From assembly GCA_965267575.1 (NCBI GenBank), contig OZ254086.1, forward strand, positions 4,448,001-4,512,000: DNA of 64,000 nt, written 5' to 3'. A program made the translations under genes and the position numbers. Under the pieces are notes generated by a model, which was given only the letters and a program-made list of their open reading frames with translations, did no database searches and was not told the origin of the DNA. Positions 9,492 through 19,232 of the stretch are shown piece after piece; within the stretch, counting starts at the first letter, position 1; each line of letters begins with the position of its first letter. The stretch is from Calditrichales bacterium (GTDB lineage: Bacteria > Calditrichota > Calditrichia > Calditrichales > J004).

Positions 9492-10049
9492 ATGAACGAA
9501 GAACACCTTGAATTCCTGCGTTACCCAGTTGGCAGAGACGATCTGCCCGGGAAAATTGGCCGACAGCAGATCAATGAATGGATTGATGTGCTGGAGAGAT
9601 TCCCCGAAGAGCTGGGTGACCTTGTAAAAAGCCTGAATGAAGAGCAGCTAAATACCCCCTACCGTCCGGACGGATGGACGGTGCGCCAGGTGGTGCATCA
9701 TGTGGCGGACAGCCATGCCAACAGCTATATCCGTTTCCGCTGGGCGCTGACGGAAGACGCGCCGGTCATTAAAGTGTATGACCAGGACAGATGGGCCCAG
9801 CTGCCCGATGCGAGGATGGCGCCGGTTGCCGTTTCGCTGGAAATGATAGAGGCCATCCACAAGCGCTGGGTGCTGCTTTTACGCTCCCTTTCACAAAAAG
9901 ACTGGGCGCGCAAGCTCACCAATCCTGAAAAGAAGCAAACCCTGCGTCTGGATGAGCTGCTGGGTCATTACGCCTGGCACAGCCGCCACCACTATGCCCA
10001 CATCGAGCGGGTGATCCGCAGGAATGCCTGGAATGAGATGGTGGTGTAA
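9492..10049 (+). CDS. YfiT/BstA-like bacillithiol transferase (DinB family)
   Basis: LRYPVG, YRPDGWTVRQVVHHVADSH, YAWHSRHH. Confidence 0.88.
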   Translation: MNEEHLEFLRYPVGRDDLPGKIGRQQINEWIDVLERFPEELGDLVKSLNEEQLNTPYRPDGWTVRQVVHHVADSHANSYIRFRWALTEDAPVIKVYDQDRWAQLPDARMAPVAVSLEMIEAIHKRWVLLLRSLSQKDWARKLTNPEKKQTLRLDELLGHYAWHSRHHYAHIERVIRRNAWNEMVV

Positions 10050-10087
10050 AAAGGATTTATTCATGCAAATGCACAAGGAGAAGTGAA

Positions 10088-10705
10088 ATGAAAAGCTTAA
10101 TGTGGATAATCGTTATTCCGTCGATTGTGCTTTGTCAGGGTCATGTGCTTTCGAAGGGGGAAAAGGGCATACTCGTCGGTGGACAGCTTGCGCTGGGTAA
10201 GCTTTCCGGAACATTTGTATCTGAACTTGGCATAACTCCGACGGGAACCGGCGAGGTCGGTCTGGCCTATAGTAAGACCCACGTTGATGAAAACGGTGAT
10301 GTATTGGAGCTTATTATCCCTTTTGTCCGTTTTCATCCCGGTAAAGACAAACAGGATAGATTGCTGGCGCCATTCGCATCTTTCGCCTATACCATCGGCA
10401 AGTCCACAGAGAGTAATAATTTGGCCGGTTTTCAGGTGGTGGCGGGCGTTTCTAAAAAGTTTGATTTAAAAGAGGACCTTAGCTTAATGCCGACATTCGC
10501 CTATGCTTTTTCTTTTATGAGTACATCAAGACACGCGCAGGGACAGTATGTTGCGGGGAGTTCAGGGATTGCGCTGCGTCTGCCCCTGTTATTTAAAATG
10601 GGCAAAAGCGAGTATTTTGAACTTTATCCCGGCGTTTCGATCTCCCAATATATCACTGTATACTCTATTGGCGCGGCGTTTGTCTTTGGGTTGGGGGATA
10701 ATTAA
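10088..10705 (+). CDS. Putative outer-membrane beta-barrel protein
   Basis: Signal peptide, alternating beta-strand pattern. Confidence 0.55.
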   Translation: MKSLMWIIVIPSIVLCQGHVLSKGEKGILVGGQLALGKLSGTFVSELGITPTGTGEVGLAYSKTHVDENGDVLELIIPFVRFHPGKDKQDRLLAPFASFAYTIGKSTESNNLAGFQVVAGVSKKFDLKEDLSLMPTFAYAFSFMSTSRHAQGQYVAGSSGIALRLPLLFKMGKSEYFELYPGVSISQYITVYSIGAAFVFGLGDN

Positions 10706-10790
10706 CCGTTATCGCCGCTTGACTCGTTTAAAGACTTTTAGTATTGAAAATACAAAACACTATAGTTTTTTATAAAATAATGGATTTACT

Positions 10791-12392
10791 ATGAAAAGGA
10801 TTTATTGGCTTATTATCTTAAGTGCTTCTTTTATTTTCTCACAAGTAAATTTCAAAACGCACTGGATTTCGCAATTTTATGGACCCGATTCCATTTCTTT
10901 TGTAAATGATATTGTTGTTGATGATTCAAGTAATGTTTATATCCTTGGAACAACATTTTCTCAAGATAATGGTGATGATATATTTGTAGTTAAGTACGAT
11001 GTTAATGGAAAAGAAAAATGGAATGTTTTATTTAATGGTTCAACTAATTCATGGGATACCGGTAGTTCAATTACGATTGATAATCTTGGGGATATATTAG
11101 TATCAGGTAATATTTCTAATCAAAGCACATATACCAATATACTTTTAGCAAAAATGAGTCGGAATGGTGTACTTTCCTGGAAGTATAATGGTTCAGACAG
11201 CTTATATGTTTCAATAAAAAAAATTGTGATTGATAATTCAAATAATATCTTTTTGACAGGAAAATCTAATAATAAAGTTAGTGCATTTAAATTTGACGCA
11301 AGCGGAAAATTACTTTGGGAATACAGTCTAGACAAAGATAAAATAGGGTTCAGTCAAGTTTCCGACATTGAAATTGATGATAAATCAAATGTATACATCA
11401 CGGGTATGGCATGGAATGATAGTGTAAATAATTATGATATCTTTTTATCTAAGATTGATTCCAGTGGCTTAGAAATTTTTGCCCATTTATATAATGGTAT
11501 AGGAAATAATGATGACAATGGTTTGGATTTAATAGTTGATAAAGATAATATTTTAATTACGGGCAAATCATCTGATAATAATAATTATACAAATTTTATT
11601 ACTCTCAAATTAAATTCTAACGGCATTATAAAAAATGAACTTTATTTTGATGATACTGATAATGAAGATTCATTTTTTATTGCTCTGGATTCACAAAAAA
11701 ATATTTATGTTTGTGGTCGTGGAAAATATGCAACAGACTATGATATAGTACTTGTTAAATACGACAATGATGCGTCTTTCTCGTGGATGAGAAGGTTTAA
11801 TGGGACTGGAAATGGATGGGATGAAGCAAGGGGATTATCAATTGATTCAAGTGATAGAATAATTGTTACTGGTACTACATGGACTAATAATAGACAAGGA
11901 GATTTTATTACTCTTGCCTACGATGCTGATGGAAATTTACTTTCAAAGGTATATTATGATAATATGATTAATGAAAACGATGGGGCGGATGATATATTCT
12001 TAGATAAAAATGGCGATATTTATGTAACAGGTTTAAGCTATATAGATAATATAAACCATCATGTTACAACCACTATAAAATATGGTTTAGAAATTCCCTC
12101 TCTTATCAATGCTCAATTTAATTCGATTCCAAAAACAATAGTATATCAGAATTATCCAAATCCATTTAACCCAATAACGACTATTGAATATGAATTAGAA
12201 ACTAAGAGCGACGTTAAAATTTATATTTACGATATTTCCGGTAGAAAAGTAAAAACTTTAGTGAATCAAAACCAAAATTCTGGAAAGCATTCTGTTACTT
12301 TAGATGCATCTGATCTAGCAAGTGGAGTTTATATTTACAAACTAAATGCTGGTTCGTTTGAACAAAGTCGTAAAATGTTGTTGGTGCGTTAA
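10791..12392 (+). CDS. Secreted SBBP-type beta-propeller protein with C-terminal T9SS-type/FlgD-like sorting domain
   Basis: Repeated D-x-x-x-N-[IV]-Y-[IV]-x-G blades; YQNYPNPFNP...SRKMLLVR; very AT-rich. Confidence 0.85.
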   Translation: MKRIYWLIILSASFIFSQVNFKTHWISQFYGPDSISFVNDIVVDDSSNVYILGTTFSQDNGDDIFVVKYDVNGKEKWNVLFNGSTNSWDTGSSITIDNLGDILVSGNISNQSTYTNILLAKMSRNGVLSWKYNGSDSLYVSIKKIVIDNSNNIFLTGKSNNKVSAFKFDASGKLLWEYSLDKDKIGFSQVSDIEIDDKSNVYITGMAWNDSVNNYDIFLSKIDSSGLEIFAHLYNGIGNNDDNGLDLIVDKDNILITGKSSDNNNYTNFITLKLNSNGIIKNELYFDDTDNEDSFFIALDSQKNIYVCGRGKYATDYDIVLVKYDNDASFSWMRRFNGTGNGWDEARGLSIDSSDRIIVTGTTWTNNRQGDFITLAYDADGNLLSKVYYDNMINENDGADDIFLDKNGDIYVTGLSYIDNINHHVTTTIKYGLEIPSLINAQFNSIPKTIVYQNYPNPFNPITTIEYELETKSDVKIYIYDISGRKVKTLVNQNQNSGKHSVTLDASDLASGVYIYKLNAGSFEQSRKMLLVR

Positions 12393-12415
12393 ACATGCTC
12401 ACACGACTGGCTATG

Positions 12416-12511
12416 GCATAACAAATCACTTAACTCGGACGCTCCTGCCGGATGGTGATTTTCGGTTTGAAGAACATGCAGCATTTCGCGTAGGTTAGTT
12501 CAGCGCTAAGG
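12416..12511 (+). mobile_element. Degenerate attC-like site
   Basis: GCATAAC-AAATCACTTAACTCGGAC...GGTTAGTTCAGC-GCTAAGG directly after an AT-rich gene; R' has GCT instead of GTT. Confidence 0.6.
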
Positions 12512-12607
12512 AGCACAACTCTAAAATAAATATTTCTATTTGCTTTATTCGTTGTAATTTTCCAACAGCAATACCAATAATATAGTTTTCCAATTAAGCT
12601 TAAAGCA

Positions 12608-12820
12608 TGATCGTTAACCCCGCACATATAATACTCGCTCTCCTGCTTCTGTTTGTCTGCGCAAAGAGCTCGGCGCTGGCGTTGCGGGCAGGACTAAGCC
12701 GGCCTATGCTTAAGCTAACCATCGTTAATTTAACACTAGCGAGCTGGAATTGGTTGTAAGTGTAACGGCGGCCCTGTCGTAAAAAGGCGATATCTCGGTT
12801 GGCAATGTGGTCGTCTCCAA
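12608..12820 (+). pseudogene. Decayed 5' fragment of the Ca2+/Na+ antiporter gene
   Basis: Aligns by eye to 19233-19462 with a deletion and a CAG>TAA change; upstream 12512-12607 also matches 19135-19232. Confidence 0.85.
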
Positions 12821-13061
12821 TCGAAAAACTGTTTTGTAAACGGGTATTTTATATTTTCAATAAAACTACTTAATAATGTTACTACACATATAGGGAATAC
12901 AAAATTTATAAAGATGGGTATAAAACAAAGATGATTGAAAGTTTACGACTTCAGGTTACCAGCGGCCACCAAAATCATTCATGTAGTCTCACGCTAAATT
13001 GCACGTTTGGAATAGAAACTATCCAGACGGCGACTCCCCGGAGCCGCCGTGAAGAGGTCCG

Positions 13062-14762
13062 ATGCTGAAAGCACTCCCGGCAGAGATCATGGCAATGGTC
13101 GGCAGCCGCCGCGGCCGTCGCAATCTGCGTGTACTGGTTCGTTTCTTTCTGGTACTCGTAGCGATGATCACCGTCTACTCCGTACTGTTTCATATACTGA
13201 TGTTGCGGGAGGGACAGGACCACACCTGGATCACCGGCTTCTATTGGACACTTACGGTGATGTCAACCCTTGGCTTCGGGGATATTACCTTCCATACGGA
13301 CATCGGTCGTCTTTTCTCGATCGTTGTATTGCTATCGGGAACTACTTTCCTGCTCGTACTGCTCCCTTTTACCTTTATCGAATTCTTCTACCAGCCCTGG
13401 ATGAATGCGCAGGCCGCCGCTCGTGCGCCGCGCGGGCTTCCGGCCTATATGAAGGGCCATGTGCTTCTCACAAACTACGATGCCGTAACGAGTGCCTTAA
13501 TCCGCCGTCTGGAGCAGTACCACTACCCTTATGCATTGCTGGTATCTGAGGTGGATGACGCGCTGCGTCTGCACGACCTCGGGCTGAACGTGGTGGTGGG
13601 CGATCTTGATGATCCGGAGACCTGGACACGTACACGCGTTGAGGCGGCTGCTCTTGTCGCCAGTACCGCCAGCGATGCCACAAATACTAATGTGGCCTTC
13701 ACGGTGCGGGGACTTGCCAAAGATTTGCCTATCATCACCTCGGCCAAGGACGAGGCCTCGGTGGATATTCTGAAGCTTGCCGGTAGCAGCCATGTGCTTC
13801 GTCTCGCGGAAAAGATCGGCCAGTCGTTTGCCAGGCGTACAGTTGGCGGCGACGCGATGGCACACGTTATCGGAGAATTTGATGAGCTGCTGATCGCCGA
13901 GGCGACGACACACCGAACGCCACTGGTTGGAAAGACGCTTCGGGAGAGCCGACTGCGCGAAAATGTGGGGGTCACCGTGGCCGGCGTCTGGGAGCGGGGT
14001 CGCTTCGAATCTGCCCGGCCCGAAACCATGATCAACGACAACACGGTGCTGGTACTGGTGGGCTCGAAGGAGCATCTGTTCCGCTACAACGGGCTCTTCA
14101 CCATCTACAACGTTACGGACGCGCCTGTAGTGATCCTGGGCGGAGGACGTGTGGGCCGTGCGACTGCTTCAGGTCTGATGCAACGGGATGTGGACTACCG
14201 CATTGTAGAATTACTTCCCGAGCGCATTCGCGATAAGAAGAAGTACGTACTCGGAAACGCCGCCGACCTGGCCGTACTCGAAAAGGCCGGTATCCGAAAA
14301 ACCTCCACTGTAATTATTACGACCCATGACGACGACGTGAATGTCTATCTTACCATCTACTGCCGGCAGCTTCGCCCGGACATCCAGATCCTGAGCCGTG
14401 CCACCCACGAACGCAACGTAGCGACACTGCATCGCGCCGGAGCGGATATGGTGCTGTCTTACGCGTCCATGGGCGCGAGCTCAATCATTAACCTGCTCCA
14501 GCGCAGCAAAATCCTGATGATTGCAGAGGGCCTGGATCTGTTTAAGGTGCCAGTACCGGCCGATCTGGCCGGCAAGACTATCGCAGATTGCGCCATCCGC
14601 GAAAAGTCCGGCTGCAGCGTGGTGGCAATCCGCACCGGACAAGGCATGGAGATCGCACCGAATCCTTCCCAAACACTACCGGCAGACGCAGATATCGTCT
14701 TGATCGGTACCGCCGATGCAGAGGAACGCTTCCTTGAGCTTTACAAGAAAGGCCTGGTATAG
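13062..14762 (+). CDS. Potassium channel with two TrkA-N/TrkA-C (RCK) pairs
   Basis: Pore motif STLGFGDI, Rossmann ILGGGRVG, two RCK-C domains; GC-rich. Confidence 0.9.
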   Translation: MLKALPAEIMAMVGSRRGRRNLRVLVRFFLVLVAMITVYSVLFHILMLREGQDHTWITGFYWTLTVMSTLGFGDITFHTDIGRLFSIVVLLSGTTFLLVLLPFTFIEFFYQPWMNAQAAARAPRGLPAYMKGHVLLTNYDAVTSALIRRLEQYHYPYALLVSEVDDALRLHDLGLNVVVGDLDDPETWTRTRVEAAALVASTASDATNTNVAFTVRGLAKDLPIITSAKDEASVDILKLAGSSHVLRLAEKIGQSFARRTVGGDAMAHVIGEFDELLIAEATTHRTPLVGKTLRESRLRENVGVTVAGVWERGRFESARPETMINDNTVLVLVGSKEHLFRYNGLFTIYNVTDAPVVILGGGRVGRATASGLMQRDVDYRIVELLPERIRDKKKYVLGNAADLAVLEKAGIRKTSTVIITTHDDDVNVYLTIYCRQLRPDIQILSRATHERNVATLHRAGADMVLSYASMGASSIINLLQRSKILMIAEGLDLFKVPVPADLAGKTIADCAIREKSGCSVVAIRTGQGMEIAPNPSQTLPADADIVLIGTADAEERFLELYKKGLV

Positions 14763-14962
14763 AGATTTATACGCATGGAAGCAGCAGCCCCAAAAAGTTA
14801 GGGGTTGATGGAGCAACCCGGGTCAACCTCTATCTTTTTCATTATCTTACTCATTATCCGTTTTTTGCAAATCCGCCCTTACAAATACGCTGGCGCATCA
14901 AAATTCCGGATATCTTAACCCTGGCGATTTGAGATGCAGCCTGGGCCCTTCAGTTTATTTAT

Positions 14963-15121
14963 TGTGGGGATATCTGTTTTCCAAATATCACGCGTGTGGG
15001 AATGATATGTTACCAAATTTTCCACATAACAACACCATTTGCATAGTATTTGGAAAAATAGTTTTTTTGCGCTGACGTATTATGTATTTTTGTAGAAAAC
15101 TATATAATAAAATTGTTATAC
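14963..15121 (+). repeat. Cassette-heading element, copy 1 (hairpins plus attC-like imperfect palindrome 15024-15121)
   Basis: Ungapped match to 25244-25399, about 88% by manual count; ACATAAC...GTTATAC ends. Confidence 0.85.
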
Positions 15122-15155
15122 ACGCCAAGTAAAATAATCAAATTAAGGGAATTAT

Positions 15156-15908
15156 ATGAATGAAAGTTTAAGACAATCCATGGATGAAAAATATCCAGAA
15201 TACAAGCTGTACTCTCAAAAATCTATAAACATAGCTACTGGTATGGGATCAATTATAGCAGGGTCATTTTTTTTAGCATCCAATCTAAAAAAACTTGGAC
15301 GTTCTGACGAGGTATTGCAAACGTATATTTTGGGAGTTGTGTCATTTGCAATAATTATCTTTTCACTAATCAAGATACCAATGGCTGATAAAATACCTGG
15401 TGTTTTAATTCAACTTATCCAAGTCGGGATTATCTATTTATTTGCTAATTACAAAATTGGAAGTGACCTAAATGCACACGACGAAAAGAAAGGGTCCTTT
15501 TATTCAAATTGGCGTACAACTGGTATTTCTTTGTTACTTCTTCCGCTAGTTATTGGTGTCTTAATTGGCGTTAATTTACTAGGCGAAACCAAAGTTGATT
15601 TTGGTAACGATCAATTTGTTTACTATGAATATGAGGCCACTGAAGAAAATGCAAAAACACTTGGTAACTATTTACTCAAAATAGAATTCTTTGGTAGTGA
15701 TACACCTATCGATGTGACAATTAGGAAGGTTGAAAATGATATAGATATAAAATTTATTCTTGCTGATGATTCTTGGTTAAATCCAGAAGTTGTTAATTTT
15801 TTCAGTTTAGTAAGACAAGAATTAATCAGAGATGTTTTTAAAGGAGAAAATGTCAATATAATATTATGCGATGTCTTCTCTAACGCTAAAAAAACAATAT
15901 CTGAATAA
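15156..15908 (+). CDS. Hypothetical membrane protein (cassette gene)
   Basis: AT-rich, four TM segments plus soluble tail, bounded by complementary core sites. Confidence 0.75.
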   Translation: MNESLRQSMDEKYPEYKLYSQKSINIATGMGSIIAGSFFLASNLKKLGRSDEVLQTYILGVVSFAIIIFSLIKIPMADKIPGVLIQLIQVGIIYLFANYKIGSDLNAHDEKKGSFYSNWRTTGISLLLLPLVIGVLIGVNLLGETKVDFGNDQFVYYEYEATEENAKTLGNYLLKIEFFGSDTPIDVTIRKVENDIDIKFILADDSWLNPEVVNFFSLVRQELIRDVFKGENVNIILCDVFSNAKKTISE

Positions 15909-15916
15909 AAAGGCAT

Positions 15917-16013
15917 GTATAACAAAATGTTGTATGCGGAATTTTACGCATAACGATGATTTTCAACCGGAAGTGCATTCAGCGCAAAATCCGGTAAACA
16001 TTAATCGTTATGT
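15917..16013 (+). mobile_element. attC-like site
   Basis: GTATAAC...AATGTT...CGGAATTTTACGC / GCGCAAAATCCG...AACATT...GTTATGT imperfect inverted repeat. Confidence 0.75.
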
Positions 16014-19000
16014 GCAAAAAAATGAAATCAAATTACTGAAAGCGACGCCATATCGTTATACGCTACGAAACTGGAGCCTAATAGTCACTACATTGCGAGC
16101 AACTATATTTCTAATTATTGCCGGATTTGGAGCAGTTTTTGGCACCAACCTTCCGGCCACACAGTCGGTTTTTACACAAAGGCCCGTTGATTCCCAAGCC
16201 TATTACTTTACGCCTGAAAACTACGGCATCAAAGCAGACGGCATCATGGATGTCTCAGACGCACTTCAAAAAGCCATTAATGAGGTCAAGAGGGAAAAAA
16301 ACTACGGCATCCTGTTTATTCCGGAAGGTAGTTACCTGATCAGTAAAACCATCTATGTGCCTAAAGCGGTACGCCTTATCGGGTACGGAAAAACCCGTCC
16401 GGAAATTGTTCTGCAATCAAATAGCCCGGGATACCAGGCTGCAAACAGCGCGGAAGAAAAATATATGGTCTGGTTTACCGGCAATATGGTTACCGGCGAA
16501 AATGAACCGCGTGATGCCAGTCCGGGAACGTTCTACAGTGCCATCTCAAATATCAATTTCAGGATCGAAGAAGGAAACCCAAACGCCGTAGCTCTGCGCA
16601 CACACTATGCCCAGCATGGATTTATCAGTCATTCAATAATACATATCGGATCGGGAAAAGCGGGCATTTCCGAAGTGGGCAATGAAATAGAAAACGTTCG
16701 GTTTGTGGGTGGAGATTATGGCATCATATCGGGTCCCACTTCCCCAAGCTGGCCGATGATGATGGTGGACACCTATTTTGAAGGACAGCGCAAAGCCGCT
16801 ATTCAGACAGACAACGCCGGTCTGACCATAGTGAATATGCATGTAAAAAATGTCCCCGTTGCCCTGGAGATGCAAGAAGGTACAACCGACCGTTTGTTTT
16901 TTGAAAACTGCCTGTTTGAAAACGTGACCGATGCCGGAATCATCATCAACGGCAAAGAGAACAGCACCAATCAGATCAACATGCTGAATATTTATGCCCG
17001 GAATGTGCCCACATTTGCGCGCTTCAGAAATCCTGGCAAGCTGGTCAAAGGGCTGGATACCACGTACATGGTACGGGAATTTTTGCATGGCCTGGTAGTA
17101 GAGAATTTAAATGCAGATTCGCAGTTCGAAACGATCACCGATATGGTTTCCACAAACCGGGTTCCCACAAAACTGGAACGTACTATTCCTTCCATGCCTT
17201 CGATGGAAAACTGGGTAAATATAAAAGACCTGGGTGCCATGGGCGATGGTGAAACGGATGATAGCGAAGCTTTCAAAAAAGCCATTGCAAAGCACAGCGT
17301 GATTTATGTGCCGCAAGGCCGGTACCGTATTACAAAGACCTTAAAAATGGCTCCCGGAACTAAATTGATAGGGTTACATCCGTGGGCGACCCAGTTCATC
17401 ATAAAAGAAAGTGAGCCTGCCTTCAGCGGTTTCGGACGACCCGTACCGATGGTGGAATCCTCCGAAGGCGGGGATGATATGTTGAACGGTATCGGGATTT
17501 CAACAGGCGGGTATAATTATCGTGCTGTGGGGCTAAAATGGATGGCAAATGAAAAATCACTTGTTAATGATGTGAAGTTTGTGGGAGGTCACGGTACCAT
17601 GTATCCCCCCTCTGCATCACCGCAAAATTACCGCAGATCTGGGCGGCCAATCAGTGCCCCGGGAAGTCCGGTGTATGAGCAAGGGATGGATAAGGCCTGG
17701 GACAACCAGTTCTGGAGCTTGTGGATTACAAATAATGGCGGCGGAACTTTTAAAGACATCTGGACCGCCAACAGTTATGCCGCAAGCGGAATGCTTGTCA
17801 GCAATACGTCCACACCCGGCCGCATATTCGCTATGTCCCTGGAGCATCACCTGCGCAATGAGGCCCGTTTTGAAAATGTCTCAAACTGGAAGATGTACGC
17901 CTTTCAATTTGAAGAAGAGTACAAAGAAGGCATCGATGCGATTTCCATTGAAATATCGAACTCACACGACCTGCTTTTTGGAAATCTGTGGTTGTACCGG
18001 ACCATCCGCGTGGAAACCCCAAAACGGTTTGGCATGCGTCTCTGGAATGCCCGGGATATTGAGATCAGAAACCTTCGCAATTATACTCAGAAACTTTGGG
18101 TGAACGCGTTCCCCATATGGGATGTAAATAAAGAACTTCCCGCCTACCCGTGGCACTTCGCAAAGTTAACCATAACAGGCAATGAAGAACCTAACCTGGA
18201 TTCTGATTTCCGCGTGGGTAAAGTAAATCGCCTGGCTTCGGGATTTGATTTTGCCCTTGGCCTCAGCTCAGACAGTAAGGGAAATGTCTATTTTTGTGAA
18301 ACCAAAAAGCGTAGGATCTATAAATGGTCCGCTGAAACAAAAGCGGTTACATTTCTGGCTGACTTTCCGTTTCAGCCATTCGCTACAGCAACGGATTCTG
18401 AGGATAATGTATTGGTCGTGGCCCGTTACGATCCCCAGCCCGGTTATATGGTGAATGGTGAACAGGAACGGGTAAAGCGGCTTCCCGATGATAACGAGGC
18501 ATACAGCAGCTGGGGAAACAGCGGCTGGGCTTCCTATGCCTATTCGATCGATCCCGATGATCCTGACAATACGTTTAAGGTTATGCCCAGAGTTGCCACG
18601 GCGGATATCAAAGATTTCAGCAAAACCTATTACCCTTCCGGCAGATGGCATTACACTTTTGATGACGCAGCCCTCTATTACCCGGATTCTGCGTTTGTCG
18701 CTCCTGATGGAATCACGTACATACAGGAAGTATACGATATCGGCAGAACAGCAGACTTAAACGCCGCGGTACCGGGGGAATCTATTTATGCCCAGGACGA
18801 AATTAACATGCGAACGGTAAAAATGGATGTGGGCGAAAAAGGAAAGCTGTCTAATCTCAGGGAAATTCTTCCCCGCGGACAATACAGTACGGCTGTTGAT
18901 AACGACGGTAACCTGTATGTTTTGGACGGCCAGATCTTTGTGTACGACAAGGATATGAATGAGATTAAACGGATCAATCTTACAGAGCGCCCCTTATCTA

Positions 19001-19077
19001 TCACATTTGGCGGTAAAGATGGAAATATCCTGTTTATTACGACGGCAAATTCCCTGTTTGGTGTAAGGGTTAAGTAG
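16012..19077 (+). CDS. Pectate_lyase_3/GH55-like beta-helix protein fused to SMP-30/gluconolactonase propeller (start uncertain: GTG 16012 or TTG 16093)
   Basis: Two G-x-x-[AG]DG-x-x-D-x-S-x-A repeats with PxGxY; C-terminal propeller; signal-like segment near 16093. Confidence 0.8.
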   Translation: MQKNEIKLLKATPYRYTLRNWSLIVTTLRATIFLIIAGFGAVFGTNLPATQSVFTQRPVDSQAYYFTPENYGIKADGIMDVSDALQKAINEVKREKNYGILFIPEGSYLISKTIYVPKAVRLIGYGKTRPEIVLQSNSPGYQAANSAEEKYMVWFTGNMVTGENEPRDASPGTFYSAISNINFRIEEGNPNAVALRTHYAQHGFISHSIIHIGSGKAGISEVGNEIENVRFVGGDYGIISGPTSPSWPMMMVDTYFEGQRKAAIQTDNAGLTIVNMHVKNVPVALEMQEGTTDRLFFENCLFENVTDAGIIINGKENSTNQINMLNIYARNVPTFARFRNPGKLVKGLDTTYMVREFLHGLVVENLNADSQFETITDMVSTNRVPTKLERTIPSMPSMENWVNIKDLGAMGDGETDDSEAFKKAIAKHSVIYVPQGRYRITKTLKMAPGTKLIGLHPWATQFIIKESEPAFSGFGRPVPMVESSEGGDDMLNGIGISTGGYNYRAVGLKWMANEKSLVNDVKFVGGHGTMYPPSASPQNYRRSGRPISAPGSPVYEQGMDKAWDNQFWSLWITNNGGGTFKDIWTANSYAASGMLVSNTSTPGRIFAMSLEHHLRNEARFENVSNWKMYAFQFEEEYKEGIDAISIEISNSHDLLFGNLWLYRTIRVETPKRFGMRLWNARDIEIRNLRNYTQKLWVNAFPIWDVNKELPAYPWHFAKLTITGNEEPNLDSDFRVGKVNRLASGFDFALGLSSDSKGNVYFCETKKRRIYKWSAETKAVTFLADFPFQPFATATDSEDNVLVVARYDPQPGYMVNGEQERVKRLPDDNEAYSSWGNSGWASYAYSIDPDDPDNTFKVMPRVATADIKDFSKTYYPSGRWHYTFDDAALYYPDSAFVAPDGITYIQEVYDIGRTADLNAAVPGESIYAQDEINMRTVKMDVGEKGKLSNLREILPRGQYSTAVDNDGNLYVLDGQIFVYDKDMNEIKRINLTERPLSITFGGKDGNILFITTANSLFGVRVK

Positions 19078-19232
19078 GGTTAATACCACTATCAAATATT
19101 ATATTCTTAAAACGCAGTAATGCCGTGCCTGTATAGCACAAACGTAAAATAAATATTTCTATTTGCGCTTAATCGTTGTAATTTTCCGGCAAGTAATCAC
19201 AATAATACAGTTTGCTAATTTCATATTAAGAT

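Noticed and set aside
9357..9506. N-terminal extensions given by the ORF track (also 25858, 31207, 38827, 45270, 46392)
   Set aside because: Downstream ATGs fit RBS positions and family N-termini better; the extensions overlap promoters or att sites.
12840..13060. c-di-AMP or other riboswitch upstream of the K+ channel
   Set aside because: Only one GC hairpin near the RBS; no recognisable aptamer consensus.
15018..15026. DnaA-box-like TTTTCCACA (also 25258-25266)
   Set aside because: Isolated matches inside the repeat; no box cluster or origin-linked genes.
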